A DNA stretch of 64,000 nt from Hypanus sabinus (Eukaryota), in assembly GCF_030144855.1 (NCBI RefSeq), contig NC_082734.1, positions 13,702,001 to 13,766,000 on the forward strand. The letters run 5' to 3'. The notes beneath the pieces are model-generated. The model was given only the letters and a program-made list of their open reading frames with translations. It ran no database searches and was not told the DNA's origin. The position numbers were made by a program, and so were the translations under genes. Positions 1 through 12,257 of the stretch are shown here, one piece after another (position 1 is the first letter of the stretch; each line of letters starts with the position of its first letter).

Positions 1-235
1 ATCAACAAGGCCTTTCCGCCCACAAAACTGCTGCCCACTAGATCTTTTTTGTTTGTTTCTCACACCATTCTCTAGAGATGTTGTGTGCAAAAATCCCAGG
101 AGATCAGCGGTTTCTCAGATACTCAAACCAGCCTGTCTAGCACCAACAGTCATCTCACAGTCCGAGTCACTTAGATCGCATTTCTTCCCCATTCTGATGT
201 TTGGTGTGAACAACAACCGCACTTCTTGTGTCTGA
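1..235 (-). mobile_element. Tc1/mariner-derived non-autonomous element fragment (N-terminal HTH part of transposase)
   Basis: Minus strand reads MGKKCDLSD..MTVGARQAGLSI; homologous to the copies at 2893-3420 and 33499-33994. Confidence 0.8.
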
Positions 236-353
236 ATCTCTAGTGTCCTGCCAAAGGGTCTCGGCCCAAAACATGGACTGTATTCTTCAGAACGTAAGAA
301 CATAAGAAATAAGAGCAGAAGTCGGCCATCTGGCCCGTTGAACCTGCGACGTT

Positions 354-730
354 AGTCTGATGGCCAAAAAGCTCAATTTTGGTTTCGTCAGACCAGAGAA
401 CTTTCTTCCAGCTGACTTCAGAGTCTCCCACATGCCTCCTGGCAAACTCTAGCTGAGATTTCACGTGAGCTTTTTCCAACAGTAGCTTTCTCTTTGCCAC
501 TCTCCCATAAAGCTGTGACTGGTGAAGCACCCGGGCAACAGTTGTTGTTTGCCCAGTCTCTCCCATCTCAGCCACTGAAGCTTGTAACTCCTCCAGAGTT
601 GTCATTGGTGTCTTGGTGACCTCCTCTTGCATGGTTACTCAGTATTTGAGAGCAGATTTACAGCTGTGCCATATTCTTTCCATTTCTTGATGATTGACTT
701 AACTGTATCCAAGAGATATTCAGTGACTTT
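354..730 (-). mobile_element. Tc1-family transposase fragment (second family)
   Basis: ORF 240..632(-) contains TTLEELQASV...GRVAKRKLLL...LEFARRHV...WKKVLWSDETKIELFG, including the first Asp of the DD34E triad. Confidence 0.85.
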
Positions 731-2892
731 TCCCAACCATGATTCTCCTCTCCCTGTCTCCTTCCCACTCTCGGTCCACAGTAGAGACCCAGATCAGAAT
801 CAGGTTTATCATCACTCTCATGTGTCATGAAATTTGTTTTTTTTGCAGCAGCAGTACAATGCAAGATATAAAATTACTACAATACTGTGCAAGAGTCCTC
901 AGCACCCCAGCTATCTATTGTTATTATTTTTTGTATTTTTGCAGAGTTTGCTGTCGTTTGCACTTGGGTTGTCTGTCTGTTTTGTTGTGTGTGCCCTTTC
1001 ATTGATTCATAATGCTTCTTTGTATCTGTGAGTGCCCACAAGAAAATGGATCTCAGGGCTTTTGCTTTTATCAGAGGGCTGGAGAGGATCTTAGGGACAG
1101 ATCGGGACGAGAGCCTGGAAGGGTTCATCAGAGTTTGTTTCAGTGTGTGTTTAGTTCGAGAGACTCAGTTTCACCCTTGACCTCCGTTTCCAACTCACAA
1201 GTAACCAGTGCTGTCTGTGTGGAGTCTGCACGCTCTCCTTGTGACTGTCTGTGTTGCTTCCAGGAGCTCCAGTTCCCTTCCACATCCCAAATACGTGTGG
1301 GTTTGCCGATTCATCCACCACAGTAAGTATTGAGTTGAACTGGCTTTATTTCTTACACCCTTCACATACATTAGGAGTAAAAATCTTTACGTTACGTCTC
1401 CGTCTGAACGCGCCCTTATGTGCGGGTCAGTAGCAGAATCTGGTTGTGGGGGGGGTGGGAATTGTACAAATGGGTGTTCGATGATTGGCAAGGATTTGGT
1501 GGGATGAAGGGCATGCTCTCTGCTCCCTGGCTCTTAACTGTTTTTGTGTACAACATGTCAAACAGATCACTGAACACAACGCTGATGGATGCAAAGTTTG
1601 GCCACGGTCAGCAGAGCTTTGAATGAGCTTATGCTCCGGATGACCTTTGCCTGAACAGTCAGCTGTCAGGCCGTCTCCAGCTCACAAGTGACCCGTGCTG
1701 CAGTTTGCATTCAGGAACGCCAGGGGTATAACGCAGGCACTGGAAATGTTGAGCAACGCACAGAAAGACGCCAGAGGGACTCAGCAAGTCAGGCAGCATC
1801 TACGGAGGGGGAGTAAACAGGCGGCTTTTCGAGCTGTGACCCTTTACCTGGGCTCAAAACGTCGACTGTTTATTCCCCTCCGCAGAGGCTGCCTGACTTT
1901 GTCACGTGTGCACTGAAACACACAACAATGTGTATTATTTGCATCAAGTCAAATCAGCAAGGGTTGTGCTGGGCGGCCATGATTATCACCGCGCTCCCTG
2001 TGACAACATAGCAACTCTCTAACTCTAACCGTATTTCTTTAGAATGCTGGAGGAAACAGGAGCATCTGGAGAAACCCCACACGGTCACGGGGAGAAGGTA
2101 CAAATTCCTTATAGTCAAACCCCGATCTTGCAGCAATGGGCAACCTGACACGCTACCGTACCACTGGACTTTCCGAGTTCCTCCGGCATCTTGTGTGTGT
2201 GGTTTGTACTTAGTGGAATTTGTGCAGGAAATGTAACCACAATCAGCAGCCTGGATTGAAATCATTCTCGTAGAATTGGACTCAGGAGTGAATATTAAGT
2301 TTTGCCAATACTGGGAAGACTGACATGGGTACAAGGTAATTGAATTTGAATTAGAATTAGAATTTTATTACTTACATCCATCTGACAACATTAAGGGAGT
2401 AAAAATCTTTATGGAGCTTCTCTGTCGCAATATTCAAGCAATAAGGCAGGGATATGTGGGAGGATATTGCCCAGACACTAAGATTGTAATCATCAAGCCT
2501 TTTATATATTGGTGAGACCCAATGCAGACTGGGAGCCATGCCTGACACTGAATCCACTTGAAAGACCTTCCTTTTCCTCACTCACTGTTTGATTTCACCT
2601 CCCCCTCTAGATCCACAAGCGGTCACTGATTTTCCAGTTTGTTTAGCAAATCGCTTTCTCCCAACTTCGCTCTCTTTCTCCCTACATCCAGTGGGGGGGG
2701 GGGCTCCCAATCTGGGGTCCATGGACCCCTTGCTTAATGGATGTTTGATATAGATGAGAGAGCTATTTCTGTCCTGCATTGCTCTATCCCGGTCTTGAGA
2801 AAGTATTTCTACCATTGATTTCTACTGCAGTGAATTGGAGCGTGGGTTGATGACACTTCAACACATCAATTACCAACTTTATTCGCTATAAA

Positions 2893-3420
2893 CACTCAGT
2901 GGCCATTTTACTACATACACCTCTCGTTTATGCAAATATCTAATCAGCCTATCATGTGGTAGCAACTCAATGCATAAAAGCACACGGGCACAGTCAAGAG
3001 GTTCAGTTGTTGTTCAGACCAAACATCAGAATGGGGGAAGAAATGTGATCTATCAGACTGACCGTGGAATGATTGTTGGTGCCAGATGGGGTGGTTTGAG
3101 TATCTCAGAAACTGCTGATCTCCTGGGGTTTTACAGCACAACAGACTCTAGAGTTTACAGAGAGTGGTGTAAGAAACAAAAAAAAGCATCCAGTGAGTGG
3201 CAGATCTGTGGGTGAAAATTCCTTGTTAATGAGAGAGGTCAGAGGAGAATGGCCAGACTGGTTCAAGCTGACAGGGAGGTGACAGTAACTCAAATAACCA
3301 CACATTACAACAGTGGTTTGCAGAAGAGCATCTCTGAATGGACATAACGTTGAACCTCGAATGGATGGGCCACAGCAGAAGCAGACCACAAACATATGGG
3401 CCGTTTTATTAGATACAGGA
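2893..3420 (+). mobile_element. Tc1-derived non-autonomous element, internally truncated
   Basis: Starts cactcagtggcc; frameshifted HTH coding (GMIVGARWGGLSISETADLLGF..SRVYREWC); ends with a degenerate direct copy of its 5' terminus. Confidence 0.8.
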
Positions 3421-3759
3421 GTGGTCACTGAATGCATGACTCTATGATTGTACCCGTGATGGAGCTTGCTGACTCACCTTTACTCCTGCAACTCACTTGA
3501 TCCCTTGCCCCCCCCCCCCCATCTCCAAATTGGGAGGCCATCCCACCTGCTATTTCTCTTTTGAGCCTGATCGCATTCCCTACCCACTGATATCCAGTTC
3601 GGAGTGCAGCTGCTTCACAACTCCAGGTACACGGGTTCAATCTGTCCTTCGATGCTGTCTGCGTGCAGGGAAGTGGGAATTGGGACTCACTGCTGGAACG
3701 TTTTGGTGGAGGCATGCCGTCTCACAATATTGTTAAATGGGCACATCAAACAATATTTC

Positions 3760-5400
3760 AGGAGGGTGAACCCTTGCATAGCAACAAGCCCTGATGGTGT
3801 ACCTGGCAGGGCTCCGAAAACCTGTGCCAACCAACTGGCAGGGGGGTGTTCAAAGACATTTTCAATCTCTCATTGCTACAGTCGGAAGTTCCCCCTGCTT
3901 CAAAAAGAAAACAATTATACCAGTGCCCAAGAAGAGCAGGGTGAGCTGCCTTAATGACAATCGTCCAGTTGCACTCACATCTACTGTGATGAAGTGCTTT
4001 GAAAGGTTAGTCATGGCTGGAAACAACTTCTGTCTCAGCAAGAACCTGGACCCACTGCATTTGTCTATCGCCACAATAGGTCTATAGTGGATGTGATCTC
4101 ATTGGCTCTTCATGCAGCCTCGGACCAGTTGGACAATACTAATGCTTATGTCAGGCTATATCTCAGCGTTTAACACAATCATTCCTACAGTTCTGATGTA
4201 AAAGCTCCAAGACCTGGGTCTCTCTACCTCCCTCTGCAACTGGATCCTCAACTTCCTACCAGAAGACCACAATCTGTGTGGATTGCAAACAACATCTCCA
4301 CCTCACAACAATAAACACTGGCACACCACAGGGATATGTCTGTAGCCCACGGCTTTACTCTCTCTACACCCATGACTGTGCAACTAGGTACCACTCAAGT
4401 GCCATCTATGTTTGCTGACAATCCTCGGCAGAGTTTCAGATGGTGACGAGTAGGCATACAGGAGCAAGATATATCTTCAGCTAGTTGAGTGGTATCACAG
4501 CACCAACCTTGCACTCAACATCAGTGAGACTAAAGAACTGATTGTGGACTTCAGAAAGGGTAAGACGAGGGAACACACACCAGTCCTCATAGAGGGATGG
4601 GAAGTGGAAAGAGTGAGCAATTTCGAGCTCCTGAGTGTGTGGTGAACTACATATACCTGTCTGGACACACCCCCTGCTGACTGTTCCTGTGGCTCCTCCC
4701 ACAGACCCCTGTATAAAGGCAATCAAGGCCTGAGCCCGGCCTCTCAGTCTCCAGGATGTAGTATGGTGGTCACTCACTGTTTGTTCCTTCTTCCAGTCAA
4801 TAAAAGCCGATATCTCGCCTTACGTCTCAGAGTGAGTTATTGATGGTGCATCAGAGTGTCAACATCTCAAGGATCAAACCTGGGCCCAACATATCAATGC
4901 AGTTACCAAGAAGGCACGACAGTGGCTATATTTCATTAGTTTGAGGAGATCTGGAATGTCACGAAAAACACTTGCATATTTCTACAGGTGTACTGTGGAG
5001 AACATTCTAAGTGGCTGCATCACCATATAGCGTGAGGTGGAGGGCTCTGCACAGGATCAAAAGAAGCTGCAGAGAGTCCATCATGGCCACTAGTCTCCGT
5101 AGTCTCCAGGACATCTTCAAGGAGCGATGCCTCAAAAAGGCAGCGTCCATCATTAAGGACACCCATAACCCAGGTTATGCCTTCTTCTCATTACTACCAT
5201 CAGGAGGGAGGTACAGAAGCCCGAAAGCAACACTCAGTGACTCAGGAACAGCTTCTTCCTCTCTGCCATCAGATTTCTGAATGGACATTGAACCCATGAA
5301 CACCACCTCACTATATTGTTTGCACTTATTTAATTTTACTATTATTTATTTACTGTAATTCAGAATGATGTATTGCATTGTACTTCGACATATGCGATGA
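3760..5400 (+). mobile_element. Degenerate Rex1/Babar-type LINE (RT region to 3' end), interrupted by a solo LTR
   Basis: [32 protein letters not shown]; FADD-like region; CLKKAASIIKD.H.PG..FSLLPSG.RYRS; AT-rich 3' tail. Confidence 0.85.
4638..4853 (+). mobile_element. Solo LTR (216 bp) with 5-bp TSD
   Basis: TG...CA termini, flanking gagtg at 4633-4637 and 4854-4858, TATAAA 4712-4717, AATAAA 4799-4804; removing it restores the host LINE sequence ctcctgagtgtcaacatctc. Confidence 0.85.
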
Positions 5401-5629
5401 GATTTTAAGTATCCTGAAATTCAAACTTTTACATTTAGGAACATTGTTGGATTAATTTTGGATCTCATCTTTAATTACAATTCTCTTTAAATTCTCTTTT
5501 AATTTTTAATTTAAAATCTTTAAATGCTCCTATATATCACCACTTACATATTATGCATTAGAAGCGAAGTAGTTGCTTGAGTCAAAAATCATATTTCTTT
5601 AGTGAAATTTGACTTTTTTAAAAACCATC

Positions 5630-6060
5630 TGGTCTTACGTCGTCGCAAACTGTGGTAAAACCACCCGGAGTTTTTTTCAAACCAACGTGAAAGGAGGCGG
5701 AGTGACCGCCTGCCGTAAGGCTGATTGCGTTCTCTGACCGTCTGCTGTAAAGTGGATTTGTGCGTGGAGGCAACTGAATGAAAACTTAAAATTTACCGAA
5801 GGTTTGTGAGAAAAGCGGCAGCTCCCTTGTCGGTGCTCGGCCACTCAGAGTTTGCGTCGCGGCCCGGGATGCGTGGAACTCCAGGTCAGGGACTGAGTGA
5901 TGTTAATGTCGGCCCTTGACCCAGACCCTCTCCCTAGGTCGCGGGCCCAAACCTTACCCCTGATACCGAACTTGAGCTCGGGCCCTGCCCCTGTCCCCCG
6001 AGTCCGGACCCTACCCCCGTCCTCAGGTCTTGACCAGCTGCAGAGTTTGTCCTAGTCCCC
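5630..6060 (+). promoter_or_regulatory. CpG-rich putative POLR3H promoter / non-coding first exon
   Basis: Local CpG cluster about 3 kb upstream of the first coding exon, which has its own acceptor; GC box ggaggcggag 5693-5702; candidate donor CAG|gtcagg near 5885. Confidence 0.55.
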
Positions 6061-6199
6061 GTGCCTGTCGCTATCCCTGAGCATGTGCTCCAAACCCAGA
6101 GAGGGAGAAGGATGAATAAACGCATGTTGAGCCAATATCATGGACGGACAACTGATACTCTCCGAGAAATCAAAGTTGCAGAATTCTATGCTGAGAGCA

Positions 6200-7600
6200 G
6201 CAGGCGTGCCCGGACAGAACATGAGTTTGCTGCTCTTAAAGTTTACGTTGTTGGGCTTCACCGTGACAGTGTTGGAGGCCACAGAGTGGGATGGGAGGTT
6301 AAAGTGGCAGGCTGAAGTTAACAGGGAGCTCGGGATTACCCCTGCAGACTGAACGCAGGGGCTCGGCAAAGCGATCCAGTCTGCACACGGGTTCTCCATT
6401 GTGGAGGAGACCACATAATGAACACCGAATGCATCAATCTCAAAAATGTTGACTTGCAGAAACTGAATGTTGGCCTTCATTGCTAGAGGGATTGAATTCA
6501 AGAGTAGGGAGCAACTGTACAGGGTACTGCCGAGGCCGCACCTGGAGTACTGTGTGCAGTTCTGGTCTCCATACTTGAGGAAGGATAGACTGGCTTTGGA
6601 GGGAGTGCAGAGGAGGTTCACCAGGTTGATTCCAGGGATGAAGGGGTTAACCTTTTAGGAGTGATTGAGTCGCCTGGGACTGTACTCTCTGGAATTCAGA
6701 AGAATGAGAGGGGAACTTATAGAAACATACAAAATTTTGAAAGGGATAGATAAGATGGAAGTAGGAAAGTTGTTTCCATTGGTAGGTGAGACTAGAACTG
6801 AGGGAGAAGATTTAGGACGGAGATGAGGAGAAACTTTTTCCCAGCGAGTGGTGAATCTGTGGAATTCTCTGCCCAGTGAAGCAGTTAAGGCTTCTTCACT
6901 AAATATATTTAAGATACAGTTAGGTAGATTTTTAAATAGTAGGGGAATTAAGGGTTATGGGGGGAAAGGCAGGTAGATGGAGCTGAGTTTTTACAGACAG
7001 ATCAGCCATGATCTTGTTAAATGGCGGGGCAGGCTCGATGGGCTGGATGGCCGACTCCTGCTATTTCTTCCGTGCTAGATTGGGAGAAGTGCACTGCTTC
7101 TCCCGGAAAGACTGTTTGGGTGTCTGGAAGGTGAGGAGGGAAAGGGTGAAGGGTCGAGCATTAGATTACCTATAAACAGAGTGTTGGTTAGTGAGAATGG
7201 CCCAGGGAGTCACAAAGGGAAACTGCTGAAAGAGGAGGAGGGGGGAAAGATGGTCAGTGGTGGACACTGCGGAGAATGAACTGTTGAATGTGGAGGTTAG
7301 TGGGGCTGAAGGTGAAATTCAGGAGAACTCTATCGGTTTTCTGTAGGAGAGGGGTGAGAACTGAGGCGAAAGAAAAGGATGAGACACGGATCTCGAGCTT
7401 GGTTAGCCCTTGCAGAAGCGAAGCGACAGTTCATAAAGAAGGGACATTTCAGAGGCACCACTCATCGTTGAGGCAAATAAATGGAGTCAGTGGAACTGGG
7501 AGAATGCAATCGAGTCCTCACGGGAGACAGAGTCGGGCAAACAGTAGCTGAGATAGCTGCTGCATTCACTAGACTTAATGTAAAGAGCAAGCCTGTCTCC
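6200..7600 (-). mobile_element. Highly decayed Penelope-like element (GIY-YIG remnant) split by a CR1 insertion
   Basis: Minus strand of about 6362-6435 reads CIRCSLCGLLHNGEPVCRLDRFAE, resembling the C..C..YIGET.R.L..RF.EH endonuclease motif; related purine-rich sequence resumes after 7075. Confidence 0.5.
6465..7070 (+). mobile_element. CR1 LINE 3' fragment
   Basis: LY..L.RPHLEYCVQFWSPYLRKD..ALEGVQRRFTRLIPGMKGL followed by a CR1-type 3' UTR. Confidence 0.9.
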
Positions 7601-7936
7601 TGTGACGGGGACAGAGAAAAGGAAGAGGCAGCGTAACCGTGTGAAGGTGCGGCAGGAAAGAAAATAGAACTGCTGAGCCTTGCATGAGTGTAAGAGGCGG
7701 CACCAGGGAAAATGGGTGCGATATTAAATCACCTGCCCCACCATTCAATTTGATCACAACTCAGTTTTCTTTAGTCTTCATTTCTTCTTCCCAATTTCAC
7801 ATAGCCCTCAGTTCCTCATCCTTCCAAAAATTATCTACCTTTCATTGCTCTGGCCTCCACACTCCTCCAGGGTACTAAATTATTAATACCTATCCCTTCA
7901 GAGAAGACGTTCTGATACTCTTACTGTGGAACTATG

Positions 7937-8280
7937 TTTATTTAGAGTCACGGCCCCTTCCAGCCCGACAAGCCTGCGTCATCCAATTCCATCCATCTGA
8001 CACAGTAAACTTCTAACCCTTTGTGTCTTTGGAATGTGGGAGGAAGTCGAAGCACTCAGAGGGGACCCACATGGTCATGTGGAGAACGTACAAACTCCTT
8101 ACAGACAGCAGGGGAATGAAACCTGGGTCGCTGGTGCTCCAATACTGTCGTGCTAACCGCTACGCTATCGTGTCCACCCAACGGTGGCGGGATTGAACCC
8201 TGCTTGCCGGCACCGTAGAGCATCATACTAACCACTATAACGCCCACCCTATGCCACCATACTGTCCATCCTATGCTACT
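7937..8280 (-). mobile_element. tRNA-derived SINE (HE1/V-SINE-like)
   Basis: Reverse tRNA-like head (gtgctaaccgctacgct) and core gtgggaggaa..gagcac..acccac.tggtca..ggagaacgtacaaactcc; many similar copies in the window. Confidence 0.7.
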
Positions 8281-8933
8281 GTACTGCCCACCCTTTGTTA
8301 CTGTATTTCCGCGCATTCAACTCTCCCAGTGGTGGAAATACCTCAACGTCTACCTGGTCACTCCCCTTTAACATCTTCGTGTGTTCAATAATATCACCCC
8401 TCGTTCTAAACTACAGGACATCAGGATTGCTCTTATCTCAAGCCTGTATAGACTTAAGGCCAAATGGCTTCTTCCCGTGTTGTAAACAATTCTGATTCTA
8501 TAATCTTGTTCTTCAGAATTGCTATTCAGAATTGATACTTCCAGTTATCAAGACCCTGAACTGGCATACCCTTCTTAGCTCTCCCCCACACTCTCTTAAT
8601 CCTATTAACATTTCCTTACCTATTTCATCAAGCTTTGTTGATTCCCCATCTGATCACGTGAATTAGTAATAAACTATTTATATTAATAATATGCTGTCTT
8701 TACAGGTGCTGCCCTTTGCTGAACTCTCCATGTGCATATTCCCATCTCTGGGTTGAGCGCTCGAATACCACAGTGTTGGGAAGGGTGGGGAAAACCTGTC
8801 CTGTCCAAGTTATCGCAAGGTTTTCTCTCAATACCAAACAATAGTCCTTGCAATCAGAGCATTCCGCTTCCTTGCGTAATGTGCAGTGTTTAGCCTACGT
8901 GACCCTTTTTTAGTACAAGCTGCCTCACGCACC

Positions 8934-9044
8934 ATGTTCGTTCTGGTGGAGATGGTGGACACTGTGCGGATTCCGCCCTGGTTCTTCGAGAGGAAATTAA
9001 ACGATGCCATTGCAGAAGAGCTGAACAAAAAACTGGCCAACAAG
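8934..9044 (+). CDS. POLR3H: POLR3H (RNA polymerase III subunit RPC8) coding exon 1
   Basis: [37 protein letters not shown]; acceptor ttttttag ending 8913, Kozak accATG, donor AAG|gtaaga. Confidence 0.97.
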
Positions 9045-12000
9045 GTAAGAGTCTGGAGGTTGAAGGAGTAATTTATGATGTGTTGCATCACAAAGTATCT
9101 TCGAGCCAGTAAATCCAAAAGGGTGTACTTAGCACAGGAGCAGGTCATCTGACCCACCATGATTTCAATCCAATCTGCTTGCAAGTTGCCTATAACCTGC
9201 CTGTCACATGCCTGTATAAATGTCTCTTAAATATTGTCATTGCACCTGTGTCCGTCACTCCCCTGGCAGTATGTTCCAGGCACTTACCATCCTTGGTGTA
9301 AAAAAATCAGTAGATCGCGTAGGATTCTGTTATCTCTGCTTTCTGTTCTGTCTTGCGACTTTATTATGGTAATTAGTCACATGAGTGGGAATGTGCTGAA
9401 GGCAAAGGGAATAAGTTACATTTTCTTGCTTACTTTGGGACAGTTTTGTAGCTTGGGACTGGCAGGGGTATCTTTTGCTGACTGCTGAGATGAAGCTGAA
9501 TAACTTGTGTACACTTAAAGTTCATTGCTTCAAGATTGTACGTTTGCTTATAAAGTATTCGACTTTTGGAGCAATCATTGGAGCTGGGGGGAGGCGTGTC
9601 ATGCAAGTATAACTGACGCAGTCGCAGGCTAGCGGCAATAGTTTTGGTTTGGTTTTGCCGCTACAGGTTATCTCACAGATCCATAAATCCTCCCCCTTTC
9701 AACTTAAAGCTCCGTCCCTTGACATTTGACATTTCCACCCTGGGGAAAAGACTGCTACCCCATGTATTCCTGTCCATCAGATTTCCCCTCAACCTCTGAT
9801 GCTCCAGGGAAAAGAAATAGTCGGATTGGGGTTGTACACCTGAAGGGAGTGCAGAGAGATGGGTGAGGGGCGAAAGGAGAAACTCCAGAGCTTTGTGATA
9901 AATGCCTGCAGAGGCATGAAAGGTTCTGCAGTCTGTTTCTGTGCCAAATGTGTAAGATCTTTGCTTCTGAGTCAGAAGATTGTGGGCTCAAACCCTACTT
10001 CTAACAAATGAACAGATAACCGTGAAATGTCATTCAGTGTGAGTGTGGCATTGTCAAGGCTCTGTCTACTTTCTTGTGTCGATGTAATAGATCCCTTGGT
10101 GTCCTCAAAGATTTGAACTCTTAGAATTCCTGGGTATAGTTTATCCCTGAGTCACTATCAATAAAAAACCGAAGACCTGGTAATCACCACATCGGTGTTG
10201 GTGAGGGCTTGTTGTGTACATGTTGAAAACCAGGGACTACATTTCAGTGTATTCTTCATTGTTGTAAAGTACTTTGGCCCTTGATGTCTTTGTGGAGGGT
10301 GCACAGTATTAATTCCAAGATTTCAGTTTACTTTGGTTAAATTACAAACAAACATGCAAGTACTAAGCAAACTAAGTAAAGAGCTGAGAACCGATGCTAA
10401 GAGGTAGAATGAATGCGAAGTCAAGATGCCAAGGTAGTACCTCTGAAAAATCCATCACTTTTATAGATAAGAGAAATTCCTTTGAGATAAACTAGTTAAC
10501 AGATTACATAATTAAAACAGTTACATCATGTGGGTAATGCACTAGTATGTAGCCAACGAAAAATGCGGAAGGTGCTAAACCGTTAGCTTAGCTGCTAAAC
10601 TATTTTTTGCCAGTGAGTGGGGATGAACCCCCACATACGGTGCAAAATAAATGAGTTTGTTAAAAAGTACAAATTTTATACAAAGTATTATTTTAAAAAT
10701 AATGGTTTCCAACAGACCTCACTTTCTGGTGTGCCTAAAATAATTTATTTGAATTCCAGGGTGTTAATCTTAAACCTGGTTCTCTTGTTGCTATAGGAAA
10801 AGATTTGTGATTGAAAAAGGTTAGGAATTGCTGTACCTGACAGAGTCACAGGGTCAGCTATAGCTGTCTCTAATTACAGATGAATAGATTACAGATCAAC
10901 AGCGTGATCAGACAGCATTTAATAGCTTGTGCACCTTGTCACAGTTTTGGGTTCAAGCAGAGAGCAAAGAGCTAGATTGCAGAGGTGAGCTGAGAGTTAT
11001 AACCCTTAACATCAGGGAGTTTTAAAACTGGTGAGTGGGCATCATGGATGACGCAGTAATGTAGTACTCTTACAGAGCCAGTGAACCCGGGTTCAATTCC
11101 ACAGCTGTCTGAAGGAGTTTGTACATTTACTTGGGTATCTTCAGGGTGCTCCAGTTTCCATTCACATTCCAAAGGCATATGGGTTGGTGGGTAATTGATC
11201 ACATGGGTGGCACAGGCTCTTTGGGCTGGGTGGTGGGTGTCAATCATTCCAGCACAACCCCTCTACTTCCCCAGGATACTAAAGAAATTTGGCATGGCCC
11301 CATCTCAATTTTTATCAGTGTCCCATAGAAAGCATCCTGTCTGGATGCGTGATGGCTTGATTTAGCAGCTGCTCTGCCTGTGACCACAAGAAACTGCAGA
11401 GAGTTGTGGAGAGCTCAGTGTGTTATGGAAACCAGCTTTCCCTGCGTGGGCTCTGTCTGCCCTTCATGCTGTGACTAAAGCAGGTAGAAGGCCGCACCCA
11501 CCTCGGTCATTCCCTCTTCTCCCCTGTCCCATCGGGCAGAAGATACAAAAGCATGAAAGCACGTACCCCCCAGGCTCAAAGACAGCTCTTTCCCACTGTT
11601 ATCAGATTCTCGTGTGGTTCCCTGCTAAAATAAGGTGGACTCTCAAACTCACGATCTGCCTCGTTACTGTTTACCTTCACTGTACTTTCTCTCTAGCTGC
11701 TGCACTTAATTCACATTCTGTTGTTGTTTTGCCTTGTACTGCCTCAGTGCATTGTGTAACAATTGATCTGCATGAATGGTATGCAAGACAAGCTTTTCAC
11801 TCTACATCGGTACCTGTGAGAATAATTAACCAATTCCAAATCCAGTTCTATCGCAGGAGTTCATCAGCCAGTGTCCTGGACTGGGTCATCCTCAGCTGTT
11901 TTATTGAGGTTAGAAGTAGGGACATTCACTAAAGGTGTATATTGTTCAACTCCAATTACAACCTCTTGTAAATGAGCAGTCAGTGCCTGGGTAACCTTCA

Positions 12001-12189
12001 GGCACAACAGAAGTGGTACCTGATGACCATCTTCAGAAAGAAATAAGTTTTAGGCTCCTTGTCCTTCGTGCTCAATGAGGGGTGGCCTTTTAGAGGTGTA
12101 TAAGATCAGGAGGGCATCGCTAGGATGAATGTACACAGTCTTTTTCCCCGGAGAAAGGGAATCAAAAACTAGGGGGAATAGGTTGAAGG

Positions 12190-12257
12190 CAGGGGTTCCC
12201 AATCTGAGGTCCATGGACCCCTCAGTTAATGGTAAAGCTCCAATGAAGGGGACTCTG
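12190..12257. mobile_element. Tiny hAT MITE inserted in a CR1 3' fragment
   Basis: caggggttccc...gggactctg termini; degenerate 8-bp TSD gttgaagg/atttcagg. Confidence 0.55.
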
